Shown piece after piece: positions 62,797 to 64,000 of a stretch of 64,000 nucleotides of DNA; position 1 is the first letter of the stretch; every line of letters starts with the position of its first letter. The DNA is from Eubacteriales bacterium. GTDB taxonomy: Bacteria > Bacillota > Clostridia > Oscillospirales > CAG-272. The stretch lies in contig JAZQWJ010000051.1 of assembly GCA_045632285.1 (NCBI GenBank), positions 7,955-71,954 of the forward strand, given 5' to 3'. A model generated the notes under the pieces. It searched no databases, was not told where the DNA came from, and saw only the letters and a program-made list of their open reading frames with translations. Position numbers and translations under genes: made by a program.

Positions 62797-63030
62797 GTGA
62801 TTGTGGTGGTCGTATCTAAAATTGATAAGTTGGGGCGTGTTGTGATCCCGATCAGCTATCGGCAAGCATTAAATATCAAAGCCAATGACAGTCTGTCGTT
62901 TTCACTGGAGGGTGGCGCAGTGGTCATACGGCCCACAAAACAGCTCTGCCGTCTTTGCGGCACGACCGTTCAAGAGCATGGCGAGCTCTCGCTTTGCGGG
63001 GCTTGCATCGAAAGGGTCAAAAAACTGTAA
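62797..63030 (+). CDS. AbrB/MazE/SpoVT-family DNA-binding protein with C-terminal CxxC...CxxC zinc ribbon
   Basis: KIDKLGRVVIPISYRQALNIKANDSLSF is a SpoVT-AbrB swapped-hairpin motif. The C-terminus carries CRLCG...CGAC. The real start is probably the GTG at 62803 or 62806, after AGGAG. Confidence 0.7.
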   Translation: MIVVVVSKIDKLGRVVIPISYRQALNIKANDSLSFSLEGGAVVIRPTKQLCRLCGTTVQEHGELSLCGACIERVKKL

Positions 63031-63060
63031 CGTGTCGCAAAAAACGCGCAACGGTATCAA

Positions 63061-63098
63061 AAAATCCCGACAAAACGTGGTTTCGTCGGGATTTTTTC
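63061..63098. terminator. Bidirectional terminator
   Basis: ATCCCGAC / GTCGGGAT stem flanked by an A-run and a T-run. Confidence 0.75.
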
Positions 63099-63099
63099 T

Positions 63100-64000
63100 T
63101 TATTTTTGCAGGCTTTTTACAAACCGCTCTATGCGAGAAAGTGCCTCGGTGATATGCTTGACCGAATAGGCGTAGGAAATGCGGGCAAAGCCCTCTCCGT
63201 CCTCGCCAAAGGCGTTGCCGGGCACAATGGCGCAGCGGTATTCGTAAAGCAGGCGGTTGCAGAATTCCTCGCTGGAAAGACCAAACTTGCGCAGATCGGG
63301 ATAGATATAAAAGGCGCCCTCGGGCATAAACGAGTCAATGCCGATGCGGCGGAGCCCCTCGTAAATATAGCGCCGTCTGCGGTCATATTCGTCGCGCATC
63401 ATTTTAATGTCCTCGTCACCGTTGCGCAGGGCCTCGATGGCGGCAAACTGGCTGGTGGTGGGGGCACACATAATGGCGTATTGATGGATCTTCAGCATCT
63501 GCTCGACAATGGGGGCGGGGGCGGCCAGATAGCCAAGGCGCCAGCCCGTCATAGCATAGGCCTTTGCAAAGCCACTGGCAAGGATGGTACGCTCCCACAT
63601 GCCGTCGATCGAGGCGATGGAGGTGTGCTGACGGCCATAGGTCAGCTCGGCATAGATCTCGTCGGAAAGGATGACGATGTTGGTGTCGCGCAGGACCTCG
63701 GCCAGCCCCTCCAGCTCCTCGCGGGTCAGGATCGCGCCGGTGGGATTGTTGGGATAGGCCAGCACCAGCATTTTGGTGCGGGGCGTGATAGCCGCACGCA
63801 GTGCCTCGGGTGTCAGCTTAAATTTTTCTTCAAATTTGGTCTCTACGATCACGGGCACGCCACCCTGCATACGCACGATGGGATCGTAGCAAACAAAGCA
63901 GGGGGTGGGGATGATCACCTCGTCGCCCGGCTCTACGATGGCGCGGATGGCCAGATCGATGGCCTCGCTGCCGCCCACCGTGACCACGGTGTTTTCGGGG
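63100..64000 (-). CDS. Class I/II PLP-dependent aminotransferase (AspC-like), 5' end outside the window
   Basis: NPTG, the SGFAKAYAMTGWRLGY PLP-lysine region, and ARISY. The ORF runs off the window edge. Confidence 0.85.
   Translation of the reverse strand, partial: PENTVVTVGGSEAIDLAIRAIVEPGDEVIIPTPCFVCYDPIVRMQGGVPVIVETKFEEKFKLTPEALRAAITPRTKMLVLAYPNNPTGAILTREELEGLAEVLRDTNIVILSDEIYAELTYGRQHTSIASIDGMWERTILASGFAKAYAMTGWRLGYLAAPAPIVEQMLKIHQYAIMCAPTTSQFAAIEALRNGDEDIKMMRDEYDRRRRYIYEGLRRIGIDSFMPEGAFYIYPDLRKFGLSSEEFCNRLLYEYRCAIVPGNAFGEDGEGFARISYAYSVKHITEALSRIERFVKSLQK

Noticed and set aside
62480-63030. The RHH plus AbrB pair as a complete type II toxin-antitoxin system.
   Set aside because: Both proteins have antitoxin or repressor-type folds and are transcribed divergently. 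No toxin-like ORF (RelE/ParE/MazF/PIN/Doc size class) is present in the islet, so only a remnant or repressor pair can be claimed.

Overview
This looks like a chromosomal window from a high-GC Clostridia-type Firmicute. Supporting signs are the gpr spore protease, rny, the DUF512-der-obg-ppa string, AGGAGG-type RBSs and near-consensus TTGACA-17-TATAAT promoters. The first ~17 kb is housekeeping: a complete arginine biosynthesis cluster (argG-argH-argC-argJ / argB-argD-argF) with a near-consensus ARG box, then rny, der, obg and ppa. From 17 to 55 kb the window is an accessory, mostly cytoplasmic glycan and ester-processing region. It holds five SGNH/GDSL hydrolases, a CE7 esterase, a GH2, a GH10-like enzyme, two unclassified GH-like TIM-barrel proteins and a beta-helix protein. 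It also holds five xylose-isomerase-like TIM-barrel proteins (four are close tandem paralogs around a Zn-ADH), rhaD plus a DeoR regulator, an AraC regulator and a MATE pump. The 3' end carries a GDPD gene, an MBL hydrolase-gltX-glnS string (with glnS followed closely by the GDPD gene), an orphan OppA-like SBP, gpr and a truncated aminotransferase. The items most worth a second look: (1) a 720-bp hairpin array splitting the arg cluster, which shares a ~78-nt dispersed repeat with the rny 3' flank; (2) a ~300-nt ORF-free structured region ending in a strong terminator just upstream of an SPFH/zinc-ribbon/TPM operon (ydjI/G/H-like, no pspA); (3) the four-fold TIM-barrel paralog array with a mosaic member; (4) an 887-bp tandem duplication of an MBL-fold gene with block-wise identity, plus a third frameshifted family member; (5) a lone IS200-type tnpA with an RBS-sequestering hairpin; (6) an AT-rich islet with an unannotated 57-aa RHH gene divergent from an AbrB-zinc-ribbon gene. 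No rRNA, tRNA or CRISPR was seen. The many long antisense ORFs in the track are high-GC artefacts. All product calls rest on motif and family recognition by eye, not on database searches.
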